From a virus: 64,000 bases of DNA. Within the stretch, counting starts at the first letter, position 1. Every line of letters begins with the position of its first letter. The notes below the pieces were generated by a model. It had not been told where the DNA came from. It searched no databases and saw only the letters and a list, made by a program, of their open reading frames with translations. Made by a program: the position numbers and the translations under genes. This document shows, one piece after another, positions 57,015 through 64,000 of this stretch. Location: IMG/VR virus record IMGVR_UViG_3300030399_000348; one strand, 5' to 3'.

Positions 57015-57090
57015 GGGCCTATGGCGCAGTTGGGAGCGCGTTTCCATGGCATGGAAAAGGTCGTGAGTTCAAATCTCACTAGGTCCACCA
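57015..57090 (+). tRNA. tRNA-Ala(GGC)
   Basis: Loop ATGGCAT, G3-U70, CCA. Confidence 0.93.
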
Positions 57091-57101
57091 AATTTTATTG
57101 T

Positions 57102-57177
57102 GGCGTTGCCGTCTATCGGTTTGGACCTTGCACTCTCAATGCAATGACGGTGGGTTCGACTCCCATCAACGCTACCA
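57102..57177 (+). tRNA. tRNA-Glu(CTC)
   Basis: Loop CTCTCAA, CCA. Confidence 0.88.
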
Positions 57178-57184
57178 AGTTTGA

Positions 57185-57260
57185 GCACTTTTAACTCAGC
57201 GGCCAGAGTACCACTTTCACACGGTGGGAGTCGCAGGTTCGAATCCTGCAAGGTGCACCA
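57185..57260 (+). tRNA. tRNA-Val(CAC)
   Basis: Loop TTCACAC, A73, CCA. Confidence 0.92.
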
Positions 57261-57279
57261 AGTGTGGTAGAATAGAGCG

Positions 57280-57684
57280 ATGAATAGCTCAAAAGCAGGA
57301 AACGTGGCTGTAGCCGCTGTGCTGGCTGCGTTAGTGAAGAACGATGAGAACGTTTTGATCCCATTCGGGGACGCCCAGCGGTACGATCTGGTGACCTTGA
57401 ATGACAACGGTAGCGTTACGCGGATTCAGGTGAAGAAGGGGCGGTTGAGCAAGAACCGCACGGTTATTCGGTTCAACACCTGTAGTCAGTCACGAAATTG
57501 CCCGCGTAAGAGTTATCGAAACGACGCGGAGATGTTTGCGGTGCACGTTGCGGAACTCGGGAAGATTTATTTCGTCCCCGTAGCCGATGCACCAGAGGCG
57601 GGATGCCAATTACGTTTGACGCCGCCAAAGAACAGCCAACGTGAAGGCGTCCGTTGGGCGAAAGATTACGATTCGGGCCTGTAG
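57280..57684 (+). CDS. PD-(D/E)XK homing-type endonuclease in the tRNA cluster
   Basis: VLIPFGDAQRYDLV...RIQVKKG...Y....EMFAV pattern. TAGAAT just upstream. Stop codon overlaps the next tRNA. Confidence 0.85.
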   Translation: MNSSKAGNVAVAAVLAALVKNDENVLIPFGDAQRYDLVTLNDNGSVTRIQVKKGRLSKNRTVIRFNTCSQSRNCPRKSYRNDAEMFAVHVAELGKIYFVPVADAPEAGCQLRLTPPKNSQREGVRWAKDYDSGL

Positions 57685-57750
57685 CTCAGTTGGGAGAGCG
57701 CACCGTTCGCAACGGTGAGGTCAGGGGTTCAACTCCCCTTAGGTCCACCA
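57675..57750 (+). tRNA. tRNA-Ala(CGC)
   Basis: Loop TTCGCAA, G3-U70, CCA. Confidence 0.93.
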
Positions 57751-57753
57751 GAT

Positions 57754-57831
57754 GTTGGCTTTAGCTCAGGAACAGAGCACTCCCATTAACGGGGGAGGGG
57801 TCGGACGTGAAATGCAGTCCAAGCCACACCA
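57754..57831 (+). tRNA. degenerate tRNA-like gene (anticodon possibly AAC)
   Basis: TAGCTCAG...GAGC D-arm, CTCCC/GGGAG stem with 8-nt loop ATTAACGG, non-canonical T-loop, ends in ACCA. Confidence 0.5.
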
Positions 57832-57942
57832 AGGTTACCGAGTTTAGGGAGTTTATCAAAACTTCATAAACTCATGGGTGGGTTGCCGCGATCATGAGGC
57901 GGTGTAAAATCCTTGCCGGGGTTTCCTTTCCACCAAGTTTTT

Positions 57943-58034
57943 GTGCCTGTAGCTCAACTGGCAGAGCGGCTTCCATCAGCCTCGAAAGAGGCGCGTGGAG
58001 CAGGTCGGAGGTTCGATCCCTCTCGGGTACACCA
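57943..58034 (+). tRNA. tRNA-like RNA with Ala identity and a hairpin replacing the anticodon loop
   Basis: Normal acceptor, D and T arms and CCA. The anticodon stem encloses 23 nt including GCCTC-GAAA-GAGGC. Confidence 0.7.
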
Positions 58035-58036
58035 GT

Positions 58037-58112
58037 GCGCTGTTAGATTAGCGGCTAAATCGCTACCATGACAAGGTAGAGACCGTTGGTTCGAGTCCAA
58101 CACGGCGTACCA
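58037..58112 (+). tRNA. tRNA-Val(GAC)
   Basis: Loop ATGACAA, A73, CCA. Confidence 0.9.
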
Positions 58113-58286
58113 AGATTAGGGGCAATGCCTCTAGGCTGGCAGGAAATACGGCAAATACCTGTGATGCTCGCACAGCAACGCCTGCAAGCGTGAAGTGTGT
58201 GGGTTTTGGTACAGCCAAGTCCCAAAGCGGTTGAAGGTCGCTGTCCTTGCAGGGATTGTGGACAACAACCGCAGAGTTTAAGCTGT

Positions 58287-58362
58287 GGGGTATCCGTCTA
58301 TCGGTTTGGACCTCTGACTTTCAATCAGATGACGAAGGGTTCGACTCCCTTATACCCTACCA
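58287..58362 (+). tRNA. tRNA-Glu(TTC)
   Basis: Loop CTTTCAA, CCA. Confidence 0.9.
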
Positions 58363-58366
58363 AATT

Positions 58367-58576
58367 TTATCGCTTGGTTTTGGCATTCCCGAGAATTGAG
58401 CGGTAGAAACGGGACGTGCCAGCGGCGAATGAGCCCCAGTTGCGGGTGCCCCGCCGTCCAGCCATCGTCCGAGCCTTGAACTGCGGGCAAGCGGATGTCA
58501 TCTTGCAGCATCTAGGCTGCTCTCTCCCACCCCCGTACTTGGCTTCCCGACCGCAACCCATCCAGCATAGCGTCAT
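58367..58576 (-). pseudogene. possible truncated homing-endonuclease N-terminus
   Basis: LCWMGCGREAKY....RCC....ACP resembles Zn-binding N-termini of phage HNH proteins. No nuclease domain follows. Confidence 0.35.
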
Positions 58577-58650
58577 ACCTATGATTCCTATAGTTGAAAT
58601 CCGACTTTCATTTCTATATGTTATGCGCTACAATCATATAGAGTTCTTTT

Positions 58651-59283
58651 ATGACCAAGACCTGTACGAAATGTAAAACCCCAAAAGAATTGGCCGAATT
58701 CTATGACGATCCCCGAGGTCGGTTTGGGAAGCAGTCCCGCTGTAAACTATGTCAGGGCGAAAGTACAAAACAATGGCGGGCAGAAAGTACCGATGCCGCT
58801 CGAATGAGTCAAAGGAAGACCGCCAGAAAGTATAAAGCCTACTGGCGTACCCACAATCCCTATGATGAAACAAAATTTCGGCATTGTCCTCATTGCAATC
58901 TCAACAAACCCAGTTTAGATTTTGATGAGTGTCATTCAGTAGCGGACGGCTTGCAATCATGGTGTCGGGGATGCAGTGGCTCACGAAGCTCCATCACTAC
59001 AATGCTGACTTGGACTCGGGCAAGGGCGAAGAAGAACGGTATGGAATTTTCTCTCGCTAAGGAAGACATCACCATACCCGAAACATGCCCCGTTCTCGGG
59101 ATTCCGCTATACAAAATGAAAGGACGTGCAGGCTCCAATTCCCCCTCGTTAGACCGTATTAGAAGTAGTGAGGGGTATGTGCCCAACAACGTCAGAGTTA
59201 TCTCATACCGAGCAAATTTCTTGAAAAACAATGCGACAGTCGAAGAGCTAGAAAAGGTTCTGGTTTATATGAGGTCTTCGTGA
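58651..59283 (+). CDS. HNH homing endonuclease
   Basis: Two CxxC...C..C Zn modules. IPETCPVLGIPL...SPSLDRI....GYVPNNVRVISYRAN..KN. Confidence 0.9.
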   Translation: MTKTCTKCKTPKELAEFYDDPRGRFGKQSRCKLCQGESTKQWRAESTDAARMSQRKTARKYKAYWRTHNPYDETKFRHCPHCNLNKPSLDFDECHSVADGLQSWCRGCSGSRSSITTMLTWTRARAKKNGMEFSLAKEDITIPETCPVLGIPLYKMKGRAGSNSPSLDRIRSSEGYVPNNVRVISYRANFLKNNATVEELEKVLVYMRSS

Positions 59284-60026
59284 AATTACAAATTTGTTCG
59301 GATTTACACACCGAGTTCTATGACATGCCGCTGTCCGTTCTCAAGCGGATGGACTTCGCCCCCGATCTGGATTTCCTCGCCCTACCCGGAGATATCGTCG
59401 TTCCTTGTCGCCAGAATGGGAAGATCGTTCAGCAGGTGTTGGCCTTCCTAAGCACGAAGGCGCGGCACGTTCTGTACACCACGGGCAACCACGAATACTA
59501 CGGCGGCACCCGCGAGAGGGCGGAATTCGTCCTCAGGTCGTACATGCCGAAGAACTTCGTCTGGTTGCAAAACAGCGACGTGACCCTCGACGGCGTGCAT
59601 TTCTTTGGCGGCACGCTGTGGTTTCCCGATCAGCCCTTGAACCAGTTGTATGAGAGTTCTATGTCGGATTTCAGCGTAATTAAGGACTTTCGTGAGTGGG
59701 TGTACGTGGAGAATGCGGCGTTCCGCGAGGCCGCGATGCGGTTGGTGACGCCCCAGACTGTGGTGCTGAGCCATCACTTGCCGCATCCACGCAGCACGCC
59801 TCCACAGTTTGTCAACAGTCCGCTCAACCGTTTTTTCACATCGGATGAGACGGCAGTGATCGAGGCCAAGCAACCGAGATACTGGTTTCACGGGCACACG
59901 CACGGGATGGCGGAATACTTTCTTGGAGAAACGCACGTAGTGTGTTATCCGTTCGGCTACCCGCACGAGCGACTGAACATGGGTCCGAGACAGCAAGAAT
60001 ACAAAGCAGAGGTCTTCGATGTCTGA
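59280..60026 (+). CDS. calcineurin-like metallophosphoesterase
   Basis: SDLH, GDI, GNHE, SHH and HGHTH motifs. Confidence 0.92.
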   Translation: MKLQICSDLHTEFYDMPLSVLKRMDFAPDLDFLALPGDIVVPCRQNGKIVQQVLAFLSTKARHVLYTTGNHEYYGGTRERAEFVLRSYMPKNFVWLQNSDVTLDGVHFFGGTLWFPDQPLNQLYESSMSDFSVIKDFREWVYVENAAFREAAMRLVTPQTVVLSHHLPHPRSTPPQFVNSPLNRFFTSDETAVIEAKQPRYWFHGHTHGMAEYFLGETHVVCYPFGYPHERLNMGPRQQEYKAEVFDV

Positions 60027-60432
60027 TGAATTGAAATGGTGCCCGCACTGTGAATCAGACAAATCGGTTGACGACTTCCATAAGAACAGGGCCGCTTACG
60101 GTGGGCGACAGGGCTACTGCAAGGAGTGCAAATATAAGGCGGATCGGGAGTGGATGTTGCAACGAAGAAAGGAAAACTACGGAAACGTGGCGATCTATCT
60201 TCGGAGCCATCCTTGCGTCGGCTGCGGTGAGGCGGACATTATCGTTCTGGATTTTGACCACCAAGGGGACAAGGTAAAGAGCATCTCCGATATGTGCAAT
60301 CAGGGCTGTCCGTGGTCGAAAATTGAAGCCGAGATTGCAAAATGTGAGGTTGTGTGTAAGAATTGTCATTACAGGCGTACCGTGAAGCAACAGAATCACC
60401 CACGCCACAGAATGGTCGAGGAGATGGTATGA
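60019..60432 (+). CDS. HNH endonuclease
   Basis: CVGCGE.DIIVLDFDH...EIAKCEVVCKNCH. Confidence 0.88.
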   Translation: MSDELKWCPHCESDKSVDDFHKNRAAYGGRQGYCKECKYKADREWMLQRRKENYGNVAIYLRSHPCVGCGEADIIVLDFDHQGDKVKSISDMCNQGCPWSKIEAEIAKCEVVCKNCHYRRTVKQQNHPRHRMVEEMV

Positions 60433-60653
60433 GAGAAAAAAGCGTAGTGGAACATCGCGGTGATGGCGCACGCAAGGCAGCACGTCGGCAATTTCGCCAC
60501 AAACTTCTGAACGAGAAGATCAAGGAGTTTCGCAACCCCAAGTACAACCTGAGCCCCGCAGGTGCTCGCTTCCACGCTCGCGTAGCGGTGGATGTCCTGT
60601 TGTCCCAAGGCGCGACTGATGTCAATACCCATGGTCGGGGGTTAATGCGATGA
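60429..60653 (+). CDS. small basic hypothetical protein
   Basis: ATGA-coupled start MREKSVVEHR. Confidence 0.6.
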   Translation: MREKSVVEHRGDGARKAARRQFRHKLLNEKIKEFRNPKYNLSPAGARFHARVAVDVLLSQGATDVNTHGRGLMR

Positions 60654-60949
60654 GCGGCGACGAGATCAGAGCATACGTCCTCCTCGGCTGCCTAATCGCA
60701 GTCTACCCCGTTTTCGCAGGCGTCAAAGCCATCGAGAAGGCAATCGGCCCAGAAGTTGTGACCTACGATGGCTGCGACTACAAGGTCGAGAACCTGAACA
60801 GCTACGGGGACACTAAGGTCATTCGTCCCTTGGATAAAGATGCGGAAGCCTGCATCGCGAAGCAAAAGAAAGACAACGACGATAACGCCGTGTTCAATTA
60901 CCAGCAGGCTCATCGGAAACACAAATCGGGAGATGAGGTCAATCAGTAA
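60650..60949 (+). CDS. hypothetical membrane-anchored protein
   Basis: N-terminal hydrophobic segment, ATGA overlap. Confidence 0.65.
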   Translation: MSGDEIRAYVLLGCLIAVYPVFAGVKAIEKAIGPEVVTYDGCDYKVENLNSYGDTKVIRPLDKDAEACIAKQKKDNDDNAVFNYQQAHRKHKSGDEVNQ

Positions 60950-61110
60950 TGGCGAGCGCACACGCGAAAATTAGTTATGTCAAGAGCGGTGTCAGAATTC
61001 TTGGGTACGGCTGTCTGTTCCTCGTAGATCACCACCCCGCCGTGTACGCCGCCGCAGGGCTCCTCATCATCGCCGAGATTATCGGCATCGTCGAGGAGAT
61101 CGGTTATTAA
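60949..61110 (+). CDS. small two-TM membrane protein
   Basis: TAATG coupling. MASAHAKISYVKSGVRILGYG...LLIIAEIIGIVEEIGY, 53 aa. Confidence 0.7.
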   Translation: MASAHAKISYVKSGVRILGYGCLFLVDHHPAVYAAAGLLIIAEIIGIVEEIGY

Positions 61111-61129
61111 CCAAGACCCTCTAGCTGCG

Positions 61130-61390
61130 TTGGGGTTGCTCATCCGCAAGTTCGGTCATAGGATCGACGGCGGCTATGAGGTCTTCATTCCTGAGGGGGT
61201 GCTTCAGGACTTGGGGTCGCGTGCCCAGATTCAAGTGGAGCCCGATTTCCAACGCAAGGGTTTCAAGTTCAGGGTTTTTCTCAACACGATTGTCAATGGA
61301 ACGTGGAGTGAAGTTAAGGAAGAAAATGGTAGCGTCAGCGGCAGTAGACCCGACCAACTTGCCAAAACGGATGAGCCGCCCGCAGCTTGA
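61130..61390 (+). CDS. hypothetical protein
   Basis: 86 aa, start uncertain. Confidence 0.5.
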   Translation: MGLLIRKFGHRIDGGYEVFIPEGVLQDLGSRAQIQVEPDFQRKGFKFRVFLNTIVNGTWSEVKEENGSVSGSRPDQLAKTDEPPAA

Positions 61391-61961
61391 GTGGTGGATT
61401 CTTTTCGGTATCTGTGTGGCAGGCAAGAGCGCGAAGGGCACCGAGAAGAAAGTCCAAGCCTTCATGGAATTCCCCTACACCAACATGGGGAGCAACAAAC
61501 CCATGTCGCCGTTCGAGCGCGTGCGGTTCATGATCCGCCACAAGAAGCTCGCCATCGCCCTGAAGCACGTCAAGATGGGCAAGTACGCCCTGTTCAACAA
61601 AGCCTTCCGTGCCGCCGTCAACATCGACCTCGACAATATCTCCGTCGTAGCCCTCGAAAAAGTTCCGGGCATTGGTCCTAAAACCGCCCGCATGACCGCC
61701 ATGTACGGGTTCCCCGATACGGCAGGCGAGGTTGCAGTTCTCGACACGCACATCCTGAAGTGGCTTCGACTGAAGGGCTATGACGCCCCGAAGAGCACGC
61801 CACAGGCTGGCAAGCGGTATCTCCAATTGGAGCAGGCGTTTATCGCCGAAGCTAAGAAGCGGGGCAAGACCGCCCGCGAACTCGACACCGAAATTTGGCA
61901 GTCCTACACCGCAAATCCCGTCTTTACCGATAATCCAGTCCTCGCCAATCCCATTTCCTAG
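61326..61961 (+). CDS. HhH-GPD DNA glycosylase-like protein (OGG/Nth superfamily)
   Basis: LEKVPGIGPKTARM HhH motif with Lys, VAVLDTHILKWLR with Asp, YLQLEQAF...ELDTEIW. Confidence 0.8.
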   Translation: MVASAAVDPTNLPKRMSRPQLEWWILFGICVAGKSAKGTEKKVQAFMEFPYTNMGSNKPMSPFERVRFMIRHKKLAIALKHVKMGKYALFNKAFRAAVNIDLDNISVVALEKVPGIGPKTARMTAMYGFPDTAGEVAVLDTHILKWLRLKGYDAPKSTPQAGKRYLQLEQAFIAEAKKRGKTARELDTEIWQSYTANPVFTDNPVLANPIS

Positions 61962-61994
61962 ACTTTCAAAGGCTTATGTTAGGAGACATAAGCC

Positions 61995-62426
61995 ATGCGA
62001 ACCTGTCGCGTTTGTGACCAACCAAAAGAGTTAACCGAAAAATATTTCCGCATCAATTCCACTGGGAGAGGCTTTCGTTGGCGCTGTCGTCAATGTGAGG
62101 TCGATCAACACATGAATTGGGTGCGTGAAAATCGTTCCAAGGATATGCTCCAATCCGCTCGGCGTAGAGCAAAAAGAGCGGTTGTCCCATGCACGATATC
62201 CTTCGAAGATATAGTAATCCCAGAAATTTGCCCCGTTTTCGGGCACAAACTAGAGCGCGGAACGCGGTCTTCCCACGATTGGGCACCTAGTCTTGACCGA
62301 AACAAACCGGAACTTGGGTATGTGCGGGGCAACGTGCGGGTCATCTCCAATAAAGCCAACAGGTTGAAGAGTGACGCTTCACTCGATGAGCTTCGACAGC
62401 TAGTCGCCTACCTAGAAAGACTTTAG
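61995..62426 (+). CDS. HNH homing endonuclease
   Basis: IPEICPVFG...APSLDR..PELGYVRGNVRVISNKANRLKS. Paralogue of 58651..59283. Confidence 0.9.
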   Translation: MRTCRVCDQPKELTEKYFRINSTGRGFRWRCRQCEVDQHMNWVRENRSKDMLQSARRRAKRAVVPCTISFEDIVIPEICPVFGHKLERGTRSSHDWAPSLDRNKPELGYVRGNVRVISNKANRLKSDASLDELRQLVAYLERL

Positions 62427-62446
62427 GGCTCTTTTAATGAGCCCCT

Positions 62447-63112
62447 ATGCCGATACGCCTCCCAATCTCCAAGCTCGCTGCTTCAGCGGTAGCCCCGCTG
62501 CAAACCTCTCCACGTTTCACGAACGACCTGCTTCAATCGGGGGTAACGTGGCCGCAGGATGTGAATTACCTAAGAGATACGTACATGGAAATTTACGCTC
62601 TCTGGGATCGATTGAAAGACCCCGCACAGGACGCCGAGTTGTTTCAAGCAACGGAACCTCTCCTTCGCGAACTCCTCGTCGGTTTGGGGGATGTCTCCAA
62701 AGAACTCTCTACTCGAAGGGATATTCTTCGCGATGTAACGAACGCTGGTCACGACGCTGATGTCGCTCAGTCGTATGGGCGGGCAGGTGATTTTGGGATG
62801 GGCACAGTGTATCAATCATATTCTGCGATGAAGCTCCATCGAGTGCTCGACACACTGACTCTGGATGCCAACAAGAAGCGTGGGTCTCAGCAAAAACTAG
62901 CCTACGGATACGATGTTAGTGGGGAAGTCCACGAGCAAGGCGGCACCAGCGGAAACGATAAAGCACAGGACGATCTGGGAAACTCTCCCAAATTTGAACA
63001 CACTCCACCGAACCCCGTTGCCGTGGCACAAGACTACGAGGCAGAGGAAGAATTTCCTGAGTTAGCGGAGATCAAGCACAAGCGAGTCGAGTGGCCTCAG
63101 AGGAACAGATAA
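62447..63112 (+). CDS. hypothetical protein
   Basis: 221 aa, acidic and helical. Confidence 0.7.
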   Translation: MPIRLPISKLAASAVAPLQTSPRFTNDLLQSGVTWPQDVNYLRDTYMEIYALWDRLKDPAQDAELFQATEPLLRELLVGLGDVSKELSTRRDILRDVTNAGHDADVAQSYGRAGDFGMGTVYQSYSAMKLHRVLDTLTLDANKKRGSQQKLAYGYDVSGEVHEQGGTSGNDKAQDDLGNSPKFEHTPPNPVAVAQDYEAEEEFPELAEIKHKRVEWPQRNR

Positions 63113-63115
63113 AAC

Positions 63116-63685
63116 ATGAAAATAGATACCAAAATCGGAGAGACGTTCGGCAGGCTGAAAGTGCTTGCTCGGGTATCGGGTAAGCGGGAGCCCGCTAAAT
63201 ACTCATGTGAATGTGCTTGTGGAACCCTGACTGAGGTTTTTGGAACTAACTTAGGGAGAAAGGGGACACGACCCAATACTGAAAGCTGCGGGTGCTTGCA
63301 GCGAGAGCGTGCTTCGGAAGCCAAACGCAAGGCTTTCCGTCCGTTCGAGCACATCTACAATGCCCTTGTTCATCGCACACGTAAAAAAATCAGAGTTGTT
63401 GATTTATCGTTTGAAGAATTTTTAGAGTTCACGAAAATCAATGAATGCCATTATTGCGGGGTTCCCATCACATGGATGCCTTACAGCAATAGACAAACCT
63501 ATGGAAGATACTATCTTGACCGCAAGAATAATGATTTGGAGTATGTCAAAAACAACCTCGTTGTTTGTTGCGGAGTTTGCAACCACGGTAAAGCGCATCG
63601 TTACACCTACGAAGAGTGGGTTTGCATGACAGCGGCGTTGAAGCGGTTTAGAGCAAACAAGTTGAGTTTTGCGGAGGCGAAGTAA
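63116..63685 (+). CDS. HNH homing endonuclease
   Basis: GETFGRLKV...CECACG...SCGC and CHYCG...LDRKNNDLEYVKNNLVVCCGVCNHGK. Paralogue of 24417..25184. Confidence 0.9.
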   Translation: MKIDTKIGETFGRLKVLARVSGKREPAKYSCECACGTLTEVFGTNLGRKGTRPNTESCGCLQRERASEAKRKAFRPFEHIYNALVHRTRKKIRVVDLSFEEFLEFTKINECHYCGVPITWMPYSNRQTYGRYYLDRKNNDLEYVKNNLVVCCGVCNHGKAHRYTYEEWVCMTAALKRFRANKLSFAEAK

Positions 63686-64000
63686 TGGCGAACGGACCCA
63701 CTCGCGTGTGCGTTTTTAACGTTAAGGCGAACCAACAGTTTGCGCCCCCCGTCGTGCCCAATCAGACGGGATCGAATCTGATTGACATCGTGACGGGTTG
63801 CGACGGCGTGGTCGTGTCTTCGCTCGGAGCCGCGTCGTATGGCGTGCCAGTAGTTCTGAATCCGAATGGCGTCATTGATCCCTCATTGCTGAACACAGGC
63901 GTCTCCGCTGTCGCGAGTGTGAATCTCTCCTTGGGAGCCCCGCTCGTCCATCTCTACAGTGTCGGCGGCGTCCTGACGGCAGAGCTTGCTGAAGCTGGCA
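63685..64000 (+). CDS. 5' part of a hypothetical (probably virion) protein, truncated by the window edge
   Basis: TAATG coupling and GGAGG SD. Starts MANGPTRVCVFNVKANQQFAPPVVP. Confidence 0.6.
   Translation, partial: MANGPTRVCVFNVKANQQFAPPVVPNQTGSNLIDIVTGCDGVVVSSLGAASYGVPVVLNPNGVIDPSLLNTGVSAVASVNLSLGAPLVHLYSVGGVLTAELAEAG

Noticed and set aside
54743-57407. ORF-track ORFs such as 54743..55012, 55810..56298, 55926..56534, 56510..56737 and 57069..57407
   Set aside because: They overlap tRNA or RNase P genes or real genes on the other strand and lack start signals, so they are shadow ORFs.
57985-58000. Reading the aberrant tRNA at 57943 as tRNA-Sec/opal suppressor (TCA) or Gly(TCC)
   Set aside because: No 7-nt loop with U33 can be formed around either triplet, and the acceptor stem carries Ala rather than Sec or Gly determinants.
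53140-58400. tmRNA or SRP RNA in the RNA island
   Set aside because: No tmRNA 5' GGGG...TTCGAC end with a tag ORF, and no SRP helix-8 GGAA/GCAGC motif found by eye.
1-64000. Stop-codon reassignment
   Set aside because: Genes are long and abut under code 11, TAA, TAG and TGA all terminate genes, and there is no canonical suppressor tRNA.

Overview
64-kb segment of a large (jumbo-type) tailed phage genome in the standard genetic code. Positions 1-45.5 kb hold a minus-strand myovirus-like virion operon: baseplate wedge/hub, Ig-repeat fibre proteins (one with an ice-binding DUF3494-like domain, one with a C-terminal Hint domain), tape measure, chaperones and several muralytic enzymes, interrupted by GIY-YIG and HNH endonucleases. 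Positions 45.7-51.5 kb hold a plus-strand replication module: DnaB-like helicase, HTH initiator with internal iteron-like repeats, DnaC-like ATPase and class II RNR. Positions 53.1-58.4 kb are an RNA island with 15 canonical tRNAs, 2 aberrant tRNA-like genes, an RNase P RNA and several unassigned structured RNAs. Positions 58.6-64 kb carry HNH endonucleases, a metallophosphoesterase, an HhH DNA glycosylase-like gene and small ORFs. The main finding is that the tRNA cluster reads only GNN codons (Ala/Val/Gly/Asp/Glu) plus Cys. It is preceded by a promoter, a 43-codon leader ORF that uses 15 of the 16 GNN codons plus TGT, and mutually exclusive antiterminator/terminator hairpins. This looks like a ribosome-stalling attenuator that turns on phage tRNAs when the matching host tRNAs run short. 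All assignments were made by eye, with no database searches.
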